Assembly (NCBI GenBank): GCA_030704615.1
Contig: CM060734.1
Coordinates: 57,598,001 to 57,662,000, forward strand
Source of the DNA: Takakia lepidozioides
Taxonomy: Eukaryota > Plantae > Bryophyta
Direction of reading: 5' to 3'
Length of the DNA stretch: 64,000 nucleotides
This document shows positions 46,517-59,847 of the stretch, one piece after another. A program made the translations under genes and the position numbers. Position 1 is the first letter of the stretch, and every line of letters starts with the position of its first letter. Under the pieces are notes generated by a model. It was not told the origin of the DNA. It searched no databases and saw only the letters and a list, made by a program, of their open reading frames with translations.

Positions 46517-49500
46517 ATGGAATGCGTGCTGAGCGGTAATCAGATTAAGAGTTTCAACAGGGCTGTCAACTGTCTAGCACGCATTGGCAATGAATTACTG
46601 ATTCAAGCTAATCCAGATGAGGTATGCTTTCATTTACTTCACGCCAGCTTCGAGTTTTATATTCCTCCTTTACAGACATTGCGCCTGTTGTGGTTGTAAT
46701 CCCAGCACGATTGATATGTTATCGCTTGCCACCTGGTGTTCTTTGACGATAAATCATCGCCAATGGTTGAGCTGCGAGTTGCATCTGCACTAGACAATAC
46801 TTTAGAAGAAAGCCAAGAAGTTACAAGTTGTTCTGAAAGAGTAACGAAAGTATGCGTTGCAAGCGAGCATGCTATTCGAGTGGCTGTTCAGTTGAAAGAT
46901 TCATGGTAATGCAATAGTCCTGAAGTGAATGCATTTGATACTCGTCACAAATTGGATTGTTTGCAGCGGCCTTATCTATATGAGGCATTGCTATATTTTA
47001 AAGTGGTTTGGTCTTGAGCTGTTCTAAGGCCTGGTTTTGTACCCTTTCTGATAAATTCCAATAGATCTGGCACTCCTGAATTATCTTGATCAGAATGTGA
47101 GGGGTAAGTGCTAAAGCAGGATAGCTGATTTGCAGCTTACTTTGCGGACGCTAAATTCGTCATGGTCGGCCTTCATGGCTATCACTTTCAAGCGGTACTT
47201 CTTCGATTCTTTTCAAATCTCCTCACCAAACACTCGATGCAGTGTGCTGCTGAAGGTATTAGCAATAGCCCCTACAGCAGTCCTTGTACATGAGATGCAG
47301 AGTTTGAATGTTAATTAGATCACTGTTTGAATTAGGTTTTTGACTGGACTCTTAAACTGTTAGCATGCTTTTCTGCTGTGAAAGGCAATGTGCAATATAT
47401 CAGTCAACATTCCTGACAGGGCAATCAATATAAGCCGGGGGGTCTGGTAATTGATGCATAGTAGATATATGTGTGAAGGCTGTGTGTACAGTGTTTCGAA
47501 CGCCACCCGGGAGTATTGAACGATTGTCCATCAGCTTGCCTGACGAAGATGCAACAAAGCTACAGTGGACTCTAGAATGTCTGAATGGTATGGCTGCTCT
47601 TTCACATGTATGCATCCAGTCACCTCGGCCTAACAGTGAAAGGGATGCTGAGTTGCCATAGTAAATACAGAATGTCCCTTGTTGCTTACCAAGGTAGGGT
47701 GTCTTATGGTGGTTGCCTCATCGTGTCTATAAATGAGCCTGCTGAACGGTACTTTCAGTGGCTTTGTACAACAAACTAGTCGCGGCGATTTTCAAGTTTT
47801 GTTGTTATGTAGTATGTATCTTGTCTCTACCAATGTCGTAAGGGTTGTGTCTACAGTCAAGGTGAAACGCTATTGGTGAATTAGTTTTTGGACACAGAAT
47901 GATGTGATAGCAATTAGGACAGAAGTTTGCTCAACAAAATGCAACAATCCTTCAGTCTGTCAGAGAGAGGATATTGCAGAGAAGTTCTAACTATCAAGAA
48001 TGATGTAATGGACCCAGGTTAACTTTGCCTGTCCAGGCACTGAAGTCATTCATCTTTCCTCTTGGGCATGAAGTTGTGGAGTATCTGATCACGATGCAAA
48101 AGTTGCTACTCTCTCTGGGGTTCTTGTACTTTACAGTTCTGCAGAAGTAGAGAAGAAATGTTTGCAATCTTTGCTGAGGAAAGCATCGTCATAATTGCTT
48201 TCGTCGTCATGTCTGAGTCCAGGAATCAGGAAAACTTACTGGATCACATGCAACAATGAGGATGAGTTTCAGAATGTGTCATTGGATCGGAACAGTATCC
48301 CCAGCCATCTGGTGGTGAAGCCTCGTGATCTCAACAGATTGCTGGCGCATTTTCAATCCTCTCTTCATGAAATCACTATGATAGCCACAGAGCCAGTCTC
48401 CAGTCCAACTGGTACCGAGACAGAGGCAAAGGCTATTGAGCTGAGAAGCTACATTGACCCTTCAAAAGGTCAGGACTTCTGTGACCAAAGCTTATTCATT
48501 CTGAGTGCCTAGCCATGGATTTGCATACATGCATCTGATCTGGAGTATTCACAAAAACAAGTTGTCAGCATCATTCCTTAGTACTGGTGTCAAGGGTTAA
48601 AGGTAGGTGTGCCCTGCAGGAAAATGTCCCACCTCAAGTCAGACTAGCTGCAGCTTCTAAAACTTGAATTACATGATACCGTAAGAGGACGGACTTGTCA
48701 AATTCACTACTATGTGCAATGTGATCATCTGTACAAAACACACCAGTTTGTAGTGGTGCACTGCAGGGACATCTGATGGAACATTGCATACTCAGCTTTG
48801 TATTGATCCCGCTGAAGAGTTACTGGAGTATTCACACACTGGAGTTCCAGTTGATGTGACATTTAGTCTAAAAGAGGTTAAGGTAGACGAGGCCTTCAAG
48901 GGGGGGGGTATCTGAACCCACTTCTGCTTGAATCATTGCTTCAGATCTCCATTTTAGTTGTCTGGACAGTTTGTACATTGCAACTGACAGCCTGATGGTC
49001 TAGGTTGGATGAACTGCCAAGGGTAGTGGTCACCTCAGTCTGATCTGACTCTGGTGATGAGCGGATGGCTCATTTGAGCGTATTAGCTTCACACACTAGA
49101 AACTTCGTGAATGAACAGCTTATTTTCTAGACAGTGCTTACTATCCTTGTGCATCTCGCAGGCTTTTACGGCTTTCTGTGAAGGATCTGAGGCAAATATG
49201 CACATTTATTTTGAGAAAGCTGGCAAGTATGTTAGCTTTCCTCTCTTGAAGCTAGAAGGTCTATACAATGTTGTTGTCCAAGGAGGCCATTTATTACAAG
49301 GGTAGCATGTGTTCATATAGGGATGATCTTTTGCTCCTTTTGTTCTAAGAATGCAGATCGAGTTTATGATATTCTCTCTTTGAGTCTATATTCAACTCTC
49401 TCCTCTTTCCCCATCCAGAAGGTGGCAATAACATTACAGTGCAAAACTAAGGAGCAACATGGCTAACACTGCTTCATCCACCAGTACCTTTGATGCTTAC

Positions 49501-50887
49501 AGCCCCATAATACCACAAGTCTTTGGTGCTGACCATGGCTTTGGCTGAGGGATTTTGCGTCTGACTGCATGGTCTGATTCTTTCCTTTCTGAAGCTAATG
49601 TTGTGTAGTACTGAGCAGGCCTATGCTACTGGCACCAAGGTTTGGACTGGATGATGCGGCACATTCCGACCTCGATGCTACTCTCCTTCTAGCAACTATG
49701 CTGAGCTCCCAGTTGCATGCCAATGAGAGCACAGCACAAGTTCCCCGCGCTGGCAACAGCATGGGTGCGGCTGCCCACAGCAATGAAAGGGGGTCGCACA
49801 GGCTTGCCCATGCAAACAGTTCTGGCCAGAGAGGCAATGCGAGTGGAGACTCAACAACAAGATCTGGACAACAATCTGATGGGACTGTCATCTGGTCTGA
49901 GCTATCTGGTTCGTTACAAAGCTTAACCTTTTTTATTGCTACACCAGTCAGTGAATGAAATAGTCATGAAGGATGGGGACCTGCATTGATGTCAAGGTTG
50001 GACACCTTGGTTCCAGTTGGTCATCGGTGTCACTTCAAGGCATGTTTTTTGTCATTTTCTGAAGTAGAATGTCTTCCACAACCTATCTCCAAGTTACCAA
50101 CGTGTATGTTAATTGGGGTCTAGTACACTAACCTACAGAATAGATTCTTGTCCCCACATCCTTTGCATGAGTTCCGCAAGGTAATGAGTGGACATGTAGA
50201 GTTCACTTGCTCTGTTATGTACTTGTCTAAATGAACCTTCAGCGGAATTATGATTTGGCTAGGAGGAAGTGGGGGAAGAACAACTGGCAGCCGGGCCAGA
50301 CCTGCCCCAGTGGACAGCGGCAATGCCAGTGAAGAGGTTGTCTTACAAAGACACTCAACAAGCAATGTGCCAAGAGGATCGCAACATGGATCAGACCAAG
50401 GGTCCCCTGTTGCTGGGGGAGTGTTTAATGGGCAGGGTTTGCATCATCATGAGACTGCAAATATGGAGCAGACACCTGGGCAACACCCAGGTATGTGCCG
50501 TGCTGTGCTGTGGTTTTGTAATTAGGTGATGCATAATGTTGGTTAAATTGTTCATGGTCCGCTCTTAGGGAGCAGTACCCTGGGAGAGTGGAAACAGTCA
50601 GATATTGCTTTGCTGCCCTATCACCAGTTGGCATCAATATGTGAATGCTTTATGACAGCCACATGCTATTTAGGTGCAATCTAAAGTAGGAGTCTGCGAT
50701 GAACCATCTCAAAATGAAGAGAGACTTGGCCTGGCCCACTGATGATGAAGAAAAATGTTTCTTATGTTGGTCACCAGGGGGAAGACTGCCGATGAGGCAA
50801 GATGTGCCAGTCAAGAATTTGAATGACTGGGAAGGTGTGAACTCCGAAGATGATGATGATGATGAATACTGTGTACCTACGACTTGA
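46517..50887 (+). CDS. RAD9: 9-1-1 checkpoint clamp subunit RAD9, multi-exon
   Basis: MECVLSGNQIKSFNRAVNCLARIGNEL, LRTLNSSWSAF, KTYWITCN, LHTQLCIDP.EE, VDVTFSLKE.KAF..FCE, FEKAG.PMLLAP, DATLLLATM, and an acidic C-terminal tail. Confidence 0.9.
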
Positions 50888-53088
50888 CCAGATAGGAGGG
50901 GACCATAACGACCAACTTTGCATGGCCAAACCCTTCCAAAGCAGATCAACAAATATCAAAGGCCATGAATTAGTGGTGGTTGTGGAAAGAGCATACGTTC
51001 TGTATCTGCCTTGCAGATCACAACCTTTCTCCCAGTAGACATGTTGCCAGGGAGTCGACCTATATTCCATGTCCTTTCTCTTCATCTCAGCACTGTCAAG
51101 CAAGATGGAAGCTCTGAAAGGAATTTCGACTCCGGATTTGTGGCTTCTCTTTTGTTTTGGTGAGGATAAGAAACTAATGGATGTCAAAAACCTTTTCGTC
51201 GCAATCACAGCCTGTGATGCATATTGTCACTACAGGGCTACCACACTGTCAAAGCTTCGCAGGTGGCAGTAGTCAGCTGAACTGGATTTTGAAGTGAACT
51301 AGGGGGGGCAGCCATGACCGTTCAAACACAAACCAAGGTTGATGTTTGCTGGGTTACTACAACAATGGCTGCCCAAGTGCTGCCCCCGTCATGTAAGCCC
51401 TCCTACCCTGACAGTCAAACAGATAACCGATGAAGGTTACACATTCTGTAGAGAGTTCAGAGTTCATCAGATGTGTTCCCGTGTCACAAACAGGAACAAC
51501 ACAGGAACCACTCCAAGCAGAAGTGGTGAATTTCTGTCCAGGGAGTGACTGGTCCTGTCACCTCGTTTTCAACTGTATCTCAGAAGTGGACCAAGGTTGA
51601 CCGGTGTCATGGAATGTGATTCAGACTTGAAACGTCCAGGAATACACAACAACAGAAATAAAGTGATTCCAGAGGCCTCAATTGTGTGGAGTTGCAATTG
51701 TACACCTAGGTGAAGATAGTATGCATTTGCAGTGCCCTGCCTGAAAGCAATGACCTGGGAGGTTGTATTATATTATCCCTGCAAACATCCATACTTCGAG
51801 ACACCCAAAGCTGGTTGAATCTGGGTAAGAGCCTCAGCTCTGTGTGTGAATGTTGTGGACCGTAGAAAGGATTCCAAAACCACTGCAGATGCCATGACAA
51901 GCAGCCCAGGAAGAGTAGGGAGCTTGCAAAATCCACGTAGAGGACCTCAGAAACCATTCTATGTGAGTTGCATTCTCAGGGATTCCATCAACAAAGACTG
52001 ACAAGTTAGTTCATGCATAAAGACATTTCGTTTCTTATGGGAATTATTGTCTCTAAAAACTGGCAGCTTCAGTAGTGGAAGTGGAAGCCTAGAAGGTGCC
52101 AAGAGACACTGGGGTATGGGGCTGGCCCTCGTGCCTCCATGCTTCTGGGAAGGGAGGGATTCAACTCTTGAATCTTGGTTTGCTTTGGTTTTGCCACCAG
52201 AAGTGAAGTTGTTGGTGAGAGTTGATTTGGCGACATGGAGAGCTTGCTTGACTATCCTCTTCTATTCTCGGATTCTAGTTCCAGCGCGCAGGCGATGGTG
52301 GATCTTGACGGGCGGGCAGGCGATTGCCGCATGGCCTTACAAGTTTGTACTCTTGCTGTCGTCTTAATTATTGTCATCAATTCCTTTCCTGAACTTCTGA
52401 TTTCGGAACATGCGCCTCAATATCTTTGTCTAGAAATATTTAACAATGCTTGGAAGAATCGTCCAGACAGCGGCCATTAGTAATGCTTGAAGTTCTTTAC
52501 TAACGCACGGTTTATCTGACTTTTCTACCAACTTAGAGAATGGCATAAGAGACCCTGGTGAAGCTTCGGCTAGGAACTTGAACTTGATAGAGTTTGATCG
52601 TGCTTGCGCTACGTAGAAAAATAAAGGGATCTCCGTAGGTGTGTAATTTTGAGTGGTCCCGATCAGAAACATGCTTCGGGCGCGCTTGAGAATGTCGTGA
52701 CACAGTTTTAATGCTACTCTTGCAACAGGTGACATCTGAATGCAGTCCGCACATTTGAGTTTCTGGAATTCTTCATGTTTTAAGCTCCTTACCTTTTCCA
52801 TATACACATGGACGAGTTCGGGGATCCAAAGTCTAGAAGCTTTCTGCAGGCACTAAGCAAACTAATGAATCTTTTGAGAGATCGTTTGAGAGATCGTCAC
52901 GACATAAAGTTGCAGCTGTTCCCAAGTGTGAATCGCTTCTCGCAGAGCTCAAGAGGTTTTGAATCTTAAAGTGACCATGGTTTGTTTGAAACCATGGCAC
53001 TACTGACCCCTTCTCTGTCTCTTTTCCTCTAATATCTGTCAACCGCGTTTTGTCTGTGTCCGTCTCACTTCCTATGCCTGGACGTTAA

Positions 53089-54256
53089 ATGGCAATTTCT
53101 ATTCGTAAGGTAGTGCTTAGAAAAATCAGAATCTTGAGCTGTTGATACACTCCAACGGGATGGCAGCTATCAGATAAGGAGTTGGAACAGAAAGTGAAGG
53201 AGACGCCTCTCTGGGAGCTGTCCCCTGACAGGAAATTCATATCCAGGACATTTGTCGCCAAAAACTTTGCGGAAGGTCCGAGTGACTCTGTACTTCAATC
53301 CTTGCTGTCTGTTACAACGTGAATTAATTAGAGTCTTTCTTGTTTGGAATCCATGACTAGTTCTGTATATACAGTGGCTCACATGGGATTTATGCGCCAG
53401 TGCATGCCGGGATGATAGATGGAGAGCTGTTGTTCTTTAATCACGTGACTAAAATAAATGAAATATACATCTTCCCATTGTTTTTTACCCCTGACTTGGT
53501 AAGATGGTTTATGAGGCAGACGTTGCAGCTCTTGTTGTTGTTTTTGTTCCAGTTCTAATGTAATCGGAGTACTGTTCTTGTGTTTTTAGTCCTGTCATTG
53601 TTGACAAGAGGTGACTTGATAAAACTGCTTGGCCAGCAGGATTGAAGTTTTTCAATGCAGTGGCTCAACTAGCAGAGGAGGAAGGCCATCATCCCGTATG
53701 TCCTTCCTTGGCACAAAAATTTCTTGGTTGTAATTGGGACACAAACTTATCAAAGGGGATCTTTCTGCTCATCACAGCCTCCGTTTATTGTTGTGCAATT
53801 GCCTCTGAGAGCAGCTCCCAGTAAATCCTTAGTGCCTCATTAACCTTCTCTACCATTAGGCAGTTAACATTACACTTTTAGTTACTCTCTCGGGTGAGGT
53901 ACAGAGGCACTCGGATCTGTAGAACTGCGGAAAGAAAGAAGGCACTTTTCAATGTCTACGCAAGAAATGAAATGGAAATGGAACTAAGAAGAATGAAACC
54001 ATATTTTAACGTCCATGGAACGAGAAAGAGAGAGGGGTGCATATTCTCCCTTTTCTGTGAGTTGGCGTATTTGTCTCTCTTTATTCTGGGGCAGGACCTG
54101 CATTTGACAGAATATCGAACTGTAAGGGTGGTGCTATCCACGCACTCACTGCAAAGCCTGTCGCTCCTTGACTTCACTTTAGCGGCACGAATCGACAAGA
54201 TTAATGTGGAGTACTCGCCAAAATGGTTAAAGAATAATCCTATGCCTTCCTCGTGA
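53089..54256 (+). CDS. Pterin-4a-carbinolamine dehydratase (PCD/PhhB family), copy 1, ~116 aa
   Basis: Exons 53089-53109 (tentative), 53167-53275, 53637/53640-53695 and 54095-54256. Full motif EEEGHHPDLHLTEY-x9-H-x8-D. Confidence 0.82.
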
Positions 54257-55075
54257 GTCATGATCCTTTCCCAGCTGCCCCTCCTTTCTATCCTCCCTCC
54301 TGTTGGGGATTGTGTCAACTGTGGTGCAACTGATCTTCATAGTTGGACCGCCTGGGTTGCTCTGTCACCAACTTCAAACACAGCTGCAAATTATGGCTCT
54401 TAGCCTGTTTTGTAGATTTTGAGGTTAGAGTACCGTGACTATATCATAGATATCTGGCAAGCATGTCAGCAGAGGATCATCTGTCGGTGCAGCTCTGAGA
54501 AAAGATGTAAAGTGAGGGGTACAACTAGATCTCCAATAATTTCCAGGGTTGTTTGTATACTGAAATTTAATCAAGATGTGCTCAGCAGAAAACCATATGG
54601 ATACATTGAGTACCTAATACGTGTCACTTATGTGTCAAGTTACGAATCATAGATGTATATCTGTGTGAAACACTCTTTGCAGAAATCGGGTGTCAAAAAC
54701 ATTTTGTAGAGCAGTCAAGAAGTGCCATAAAGGATTAGTTCTTGTTGCTTTGTTAGAAGCATTCCATACCGACCCCGGCTGGTTTCTGTCATATCCTAGT
54801 TAAGACTGCAGATATAATTTGCTACAGCTCTGCTGTTTTCAGCATAAGCAGAAGCAGAAGGTCCAAACTTATGCAAGTGGATGGGTGAATAAATTAGGAC
54901 CCCAAGGCGTGGAATCATCTACCCTTGAAAGGCGAATGCTGTTAGGATCAGGCCTCCATGGGCACAACTCCCATATAAGGCCGTCTCTCTTCTAACGTTC
55001 ATCTCTATTCAAGCCCATTCTTTCGGCTGACAGATCTTCTTAGCAGGTGCATCGACGGGGAACAAGTGTGTCCTG

Positions 55076-57384
55076 ATGGCGATCATGACATGTTTTCAGT
55101 GGAGCATGAAACAGGTAAACCATGACATCCTACGGCGTAAGCAGACGCAAATGCTGCATTATCAAACGTGCATTGAAATTTTTTTATGAGAAGTGTCGAT
55201 CGCTATGGGCGCAGCCCTCCAATTTGCAAACACTGTGTTGTTCCTTTGTAGGCAACGTATACTGATAAACCAAAATCTACCTGTACGCATCATAACGGTA
55301 TCTCCAGCTTAGAGCAGGTGGTTTTCTTTTCCTGCAGAAGGAGATGAAGATGACGCGAAATATACGAGTGAATCAACACCTGAAGGCCATAAAGGTGTTG
55401 AGGCACTTAAGGTGGGGTGGCCGCAATTGGTACCAGATGCGGAGTTGGAACAGAGAATGCAGAAGGTTCCTTTCTGGAAGCTTTCGTCGAACAGAAGATT
55501 CATATCCAGGACATTTGTTGCAAAGAACTTCGGCGAGGGTAGGTACCCACACTCTTGAATCTAAACAGAATTAGTCCAAGTTAGATTTATATTCAGTTTG
55601 TACCTATTTTTCCTGATGAGTCGACGATACCGTAACTATCAACTTCATTATCAGATGAAAGCAAAAAGTAACAGCGAGTGGCTTTCTATGTTGCCCATCT
55701 TCTTCCTGTATCTCCCTGCTCAGTCTCCTATTTAGCTTTCGGTTCATATAGTATTGCCTCTCGTTTTCACGCCTGGCTTTGGTGGTTGTGTTGAAGGAAC
55801 CTGTGCTTGTGCCGTTTTCTGGGTGAACAGGAATCAAGTTCTTCAAGGCAGTCGCGCAGCTAGCCGAGGAGGAAGGACATCATCCTGTATGGCGTCTTTT
55901 CCCCACTCAATATCCGAGTGATTTGGAATTTTACACATTTCAACCTGAAGCCTCCCACGTAATGTACATCCGAAACATCCATTATTTCCAACGTTTGGCC
56001 CAGAAGGGCAATGTTTGACAAAGAGACAACCCAGTAAAGAGGGCTTAAGTTATTGTGCCCAGGACTTTGCCCACAGAGTGAGGGCGGTTGAATAGAAACT
56101 TTCGAGAGATCACTTTGTGGTTGAATGTGCCCTCGATATTCCAAGGTGCTCAAAATTGTAACAGCTAGGACCAACCTCTAGGATGCATGACTCCGTTGAC
56201 TGCCCCCGAGCACTGACCAAGCCAAGATGTGAGTTTTTCATACCAACATTTCCTTTGTCCGTATTGTAAGTACCGATTGGCCATTGGCTCTATCATGTGA
56301 ATGGCAGTTGAACTATGACCACCCGTTCTAGAGCATGAGCGTTTAGTCATTGGAAAGACCCACACCTTAAACATCCTTGTAGGCTCATTTTTGACCCAAC
56401 AACCTCATGAACTTGTGTGAGGTTGAGTTTTACTCGATCTCTCAAAAGGCACCTAAGACAATAAGGGCCACTTCACTAGGGACCAAGACAAAGAGATGGT
56501 GGGACCGAGAAGTGCCACGCTTGGGCTGGTCGTGGTCCGGAGGCAAAGAGCTTGGGCCCGCTATCAGGAGGGCTCCTTTTCCTTGGTCTGGACCAAGAAG
56601 TTTCGCGCCAAAAGTATGGTGCCATTGAAGCATATTGGCGCTTTGGTCTTTGGGCTTGGTCCCTGGTTGTTAAAAGCCCTTGGGACCAATTTTCGGCCAT
56701 CGACCATAAGAATGCTCCATTTTCCGTTGGTCTGGTCTGGTCCTATTGTAAAGTGGCCCTAACTGTAGGGTAAGGCCCCTGCCCGCGGGCATTCCACGAT
56801 TTTAACGCCCTCGGCAGCCACCCCTTGAAATCGGGGAATGCCCGCGGGGCATGGGCCTACCCTGCGTGAAGCACCGCTTAGAAAATTCGACACGGGTCCT
56901 TTTGTAAGCACCCTAGGGCGGTTACGTTTGTGTAAGCACGTAAGCACCCTAGGGCGCGTTATATTTGTTGAAGCACCCAGCCACGCTGTTACAAGGCCCA
57001 TAACGGGAATAAGCGCCCTCAAAATACAAAGCGAATTTTCGACCGGTGCTTTACGAGGGAGGCAATAGTGTTCTCTTTTTTTCTTTTCTTTTTAGTCTTC
57101 TAAAAGTGACTGAAGGTCGCGTGTGGGGACAGGACCTGCATTTGACAAATGTGAGAACTGTGACAGTGGTGCTCTCCACACAACCACTGCGAGGCCTCTC
57201 TCGCCTCGATTTCACCATGGCGGATCGCATTGGACTGATCGACGTACAGTATTCCCCCAAGTGGTTGCGCGAGAATCTTGTCACCCCCTTGTCAGTAGTC
57301 TGCGACCGCCCCTTTCACCCTTTCCCCCACCCCCCTCAATTTTGGTATGATTGTCATCTTCTTAGCTGTGCTCCGATGTGTTGA
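55076..57384 (+). CDS. PCD-like tandem paralog, copy 2, diverged
   Basis: Homologous exons 55338-55538, 55831-55886 (AEEEGHHP) and 57133-57384. STH has become STQ and Y has become V. The 5' exons (55076-55114, 55252-55297) are tentative because they need a 40-nt intron. Confidence 0.65.
56465..56759. mobile_element. Tourist-like (PIF/Harbinger) MITE
   Basis: TIRs GGGCCACTTCAC / GTAAAGTGGCCC with TAA on both sides and internal GACCA/TGGTC repeats. Confidence 0.82.
56767..56863. repeat. GC-rich ~39-bp inverted repeat (hairpin)
   Basis: 56767-56805 pairs with 56825-56863 around a 19-nt loop. Confidence 0.8.
56860..57059. mobile_element. Small MITE with imperfect ~28-bp TIRs
   Basis: CCCTGCGTGAAGCACCG..GAAAATTCG / CGAATTTTC..CGGTGCTTTACGAGGG, with internal AAGCAC repeats. 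Confidence 0.55.
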
Positions 57385-57993
57385 AATGAAATGAAGCACC
57401 ATTCCAATTTCTTCTGAGTATAGTATGTAACAACACGATCAGAAACAAGTGCTTTTCCTCTGATCGTGGAGTTATGGCCCTTACAGCTAATCCTGGTTGG
57501 TATACTTGTGCATGGCATAAGACCTTCCCACAATGAACCGATCTTGTTGGACTTTCCTGAATGCATTGAACCAGTAATAAGGAGCAGATATCTGGACAAA
57601 TTCCGGTGCACCAGGTACCTCTGAAGCTCAAACTTGCAATGCAGTTAGCAATCAAGCTAACCCTCACAAAACTTGCAGCAAAGAATCATTTCTTTTCAGA
57701 GTTCAAGCCAGAAATCAAGCCAAATGGCTCAAGCTGTCTTGAGGAACTTTTTGAAGCTCTAGGGGATTTCCCATTGGAGTGTGTATCCTGGAAATTGTGC
57801 TGTAAATACCTTGTCTTTGAAGCACAATATCTTCAGTAAGTAGCACACTTCTCTTCAGCTAGACAAACCCTTTGAAGGAGTATCAAGGTCATCTGCATTG
57901 TGATGATGAAGATCAGAACACTAATTCTTAGCTATAACCCTTCCAAACCACAGGCCTCTTCACTCTTGCAGGTCCTCTGAAAGTGATCGCACT

Positions 57994-58335
57994 GTGCCCT
58001 CAACAGATGTGTTACCATCGACACTGCTCCATTCATTGTTCTGCGTCTTTGTTGTGGCGGGCAAGAAAGGCCTCACTGCTCATGATGCAGTTGCCAAAAT
58101 GAAAGAGCGCAGCCTGCCTGGCTTGAAAGAAAAGAGTATACAAAACGGACCACAGTGTGTGCAAGTAGCCAAGGCTATTCGTAGCAATGAGGACTTCACT
58201 CAAATTGACGAGCTTGGAAAATATGCGTTGCGCAAATCTCTGTTGAAAGGTCTACGCCAAGGGACAATAGACGCCACAAGCTATTTTGAGCAGAGAAGGC
58301 TTGAGGTATCTTTGCTTGAAAAGTATTCTCTGTAA
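57994..58335 (+). other. Isolated HARE-HTH-like (HB1/ASXL) coding fragment
   Basis: STLLHSLFCVFVVAGKKGLTAHDAVAKMKERSLPGL...VAKAIRSNEDFTQIDELGKYALR resembles the winged HTH of plant RINGLET/HB1 proteins. No gene context found. Confidence 0.45.
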
Positions 58336-58743
58336 TACACACTACAATAAGAGACACTGAAATGGTGCTACAAAGAGCAACACATTCTAAAAGAGCTGTT
58401 GATGGACATCACGCAACAAATGAACACTTGCTTGTCTTAATCTATGGGACTAATCACCAAGAAATTTTATGTACAAAAATGTACAGCCAATTCACTAAGA
58501 ATCCAACCTTATTCAAGCTGATGAGGTGCCAGACATAGCCCTAGCCCACAATCAGTCATCCATCTTCGGATGACAAACAAGATCCGGCCCATTTCCATAA
58601 TCATAGAGACAACGATCATAATGAAGGTCTTTCATATTGAATCCTTCTCCTTAAGTAGCTGTGCTGAACCTAACAAATATATTTCAAACACTTGCCATGA
58701 CTTCGGCTGGCTTCCCCACTTTGACTATGGCCCTGCTACTTGG

Positions 58744-59847
58744 TCAGGCCTCACTATTTGCTGCTTGAGCTTTTTCAGCACGGGCAGTACTTCGCTGCTG
58801 AAACTTGTAAGAAATCTCAAACACAGTCCCTGCCAGTGAATCAACATACACTGTGAAGCTGGGTTCTTGTGAACTGACATCGCAGCATTTTCCTCAGAAA
58901 GATAGTGCCCTGGATTAGAAGTGATCTACTCATGAAATCTGCACTCTGTAAGCTCAATTGGAAATCATTCCAAGCAGTACGGAAGTTGGTGGAGGTGGGT
59001 TAAGGTCGCATACCAGCAACAATCACAATCACAAGAATGTTGCCCAGTTGTTTTATCCTATGGACTGTGCCCTTGGTTGAATGGAATTGAGAGAGATCAG
59101 GATCAGCGTGGAGAAGCTGCAGAGTCCAAGAGCCGCACATGAGAACCACATGACAATCACAAAAATGTCCAATATGTCATCAAAACTGTCAAGACCACCC
59201 AGAATGTGCCCAAGACTCAGCCATTGAGTAGACAGGTAAGTAAATTCATGGCCATACCCTTACCTACTTGCCCATCTGAAAGAGCCCCAACCATGTTCTC
59301 AGGACCTTCCTACCAAACGCTTCGAAGGATCTCAGAAGCATCAGAGTAAAGGACTTTCGATGACTGCTATAGAAATTGGAGATCTTGATCCAAAGAAAGA
59401 AGCTTCGAGGATTGCACAGTAGCTACTACCATGCGATAAGCCATCCCCACAAAGTCCTCAACCCTAACTCTACCGATCGAGAGCATGCAACAACTCCACT
59501 GCATTACACCGACTTGTACTTCATGACCTAAAAGTGAATGCCTTCAACAGTCTGTCACAGTGAGGGCAGGAAAAATGGGATCTATTTGCAACAGCGTGGA
59601 CGGCAGATGGCTAGGAAGAGGTTCAGAGCACACATAACTAACGAAGAAGAGTGAATAAAACTATGTTCCGTATGCCTTAGCACCGAAGCAAGACCAGAGA
59701 GGTAAAGATGGAGATGGATGAGGATACCTCCTTCTCTCTCGCGCCAAGCTCTGCAGCCAGGCGGGGCTTTGCAGTAGAAATCGACCGGGCTCCAGCATGG
59801 CCCTGTCCCCAAACACGGCCAGCCACAGCCCGCGCCACACTCTGCAT
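58744..59847 (-). CDS. Candidate two-exon mitochondrial microprotein (56-59 aa)
   Basis: Exon 1 (59847-59728) MQSVARAVAGRVWGQGHAGARSISTAKPRLAAELGAREKE ends at a GT donor in phase 0. Exon 2 (~58803-58744) reads (FQQ)RSTARAEKAQAANSEA-stop. There is a (GA)n-rich 5'UTR. Confidence 0.45.

Noticed and set aside
52047-52807. Minus-strand ORF 52430-52807 and neighbours
   Set aside because: No recognisable domain, and multiple stops in the continuation; cannot be supported as a gene.
55613-55632. Hammerhead ribozyme core (CTGATGAG...)
   Set aside because: It is followed by GATAC rather than GAAA, and there are no supporting stems.
55890-56420. Possible decayed L1 3' fragment (a similar one at ~61300-61900)
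   Set aside because: Only vague Trp/Cys patterns across frameshifts; too weak to call.
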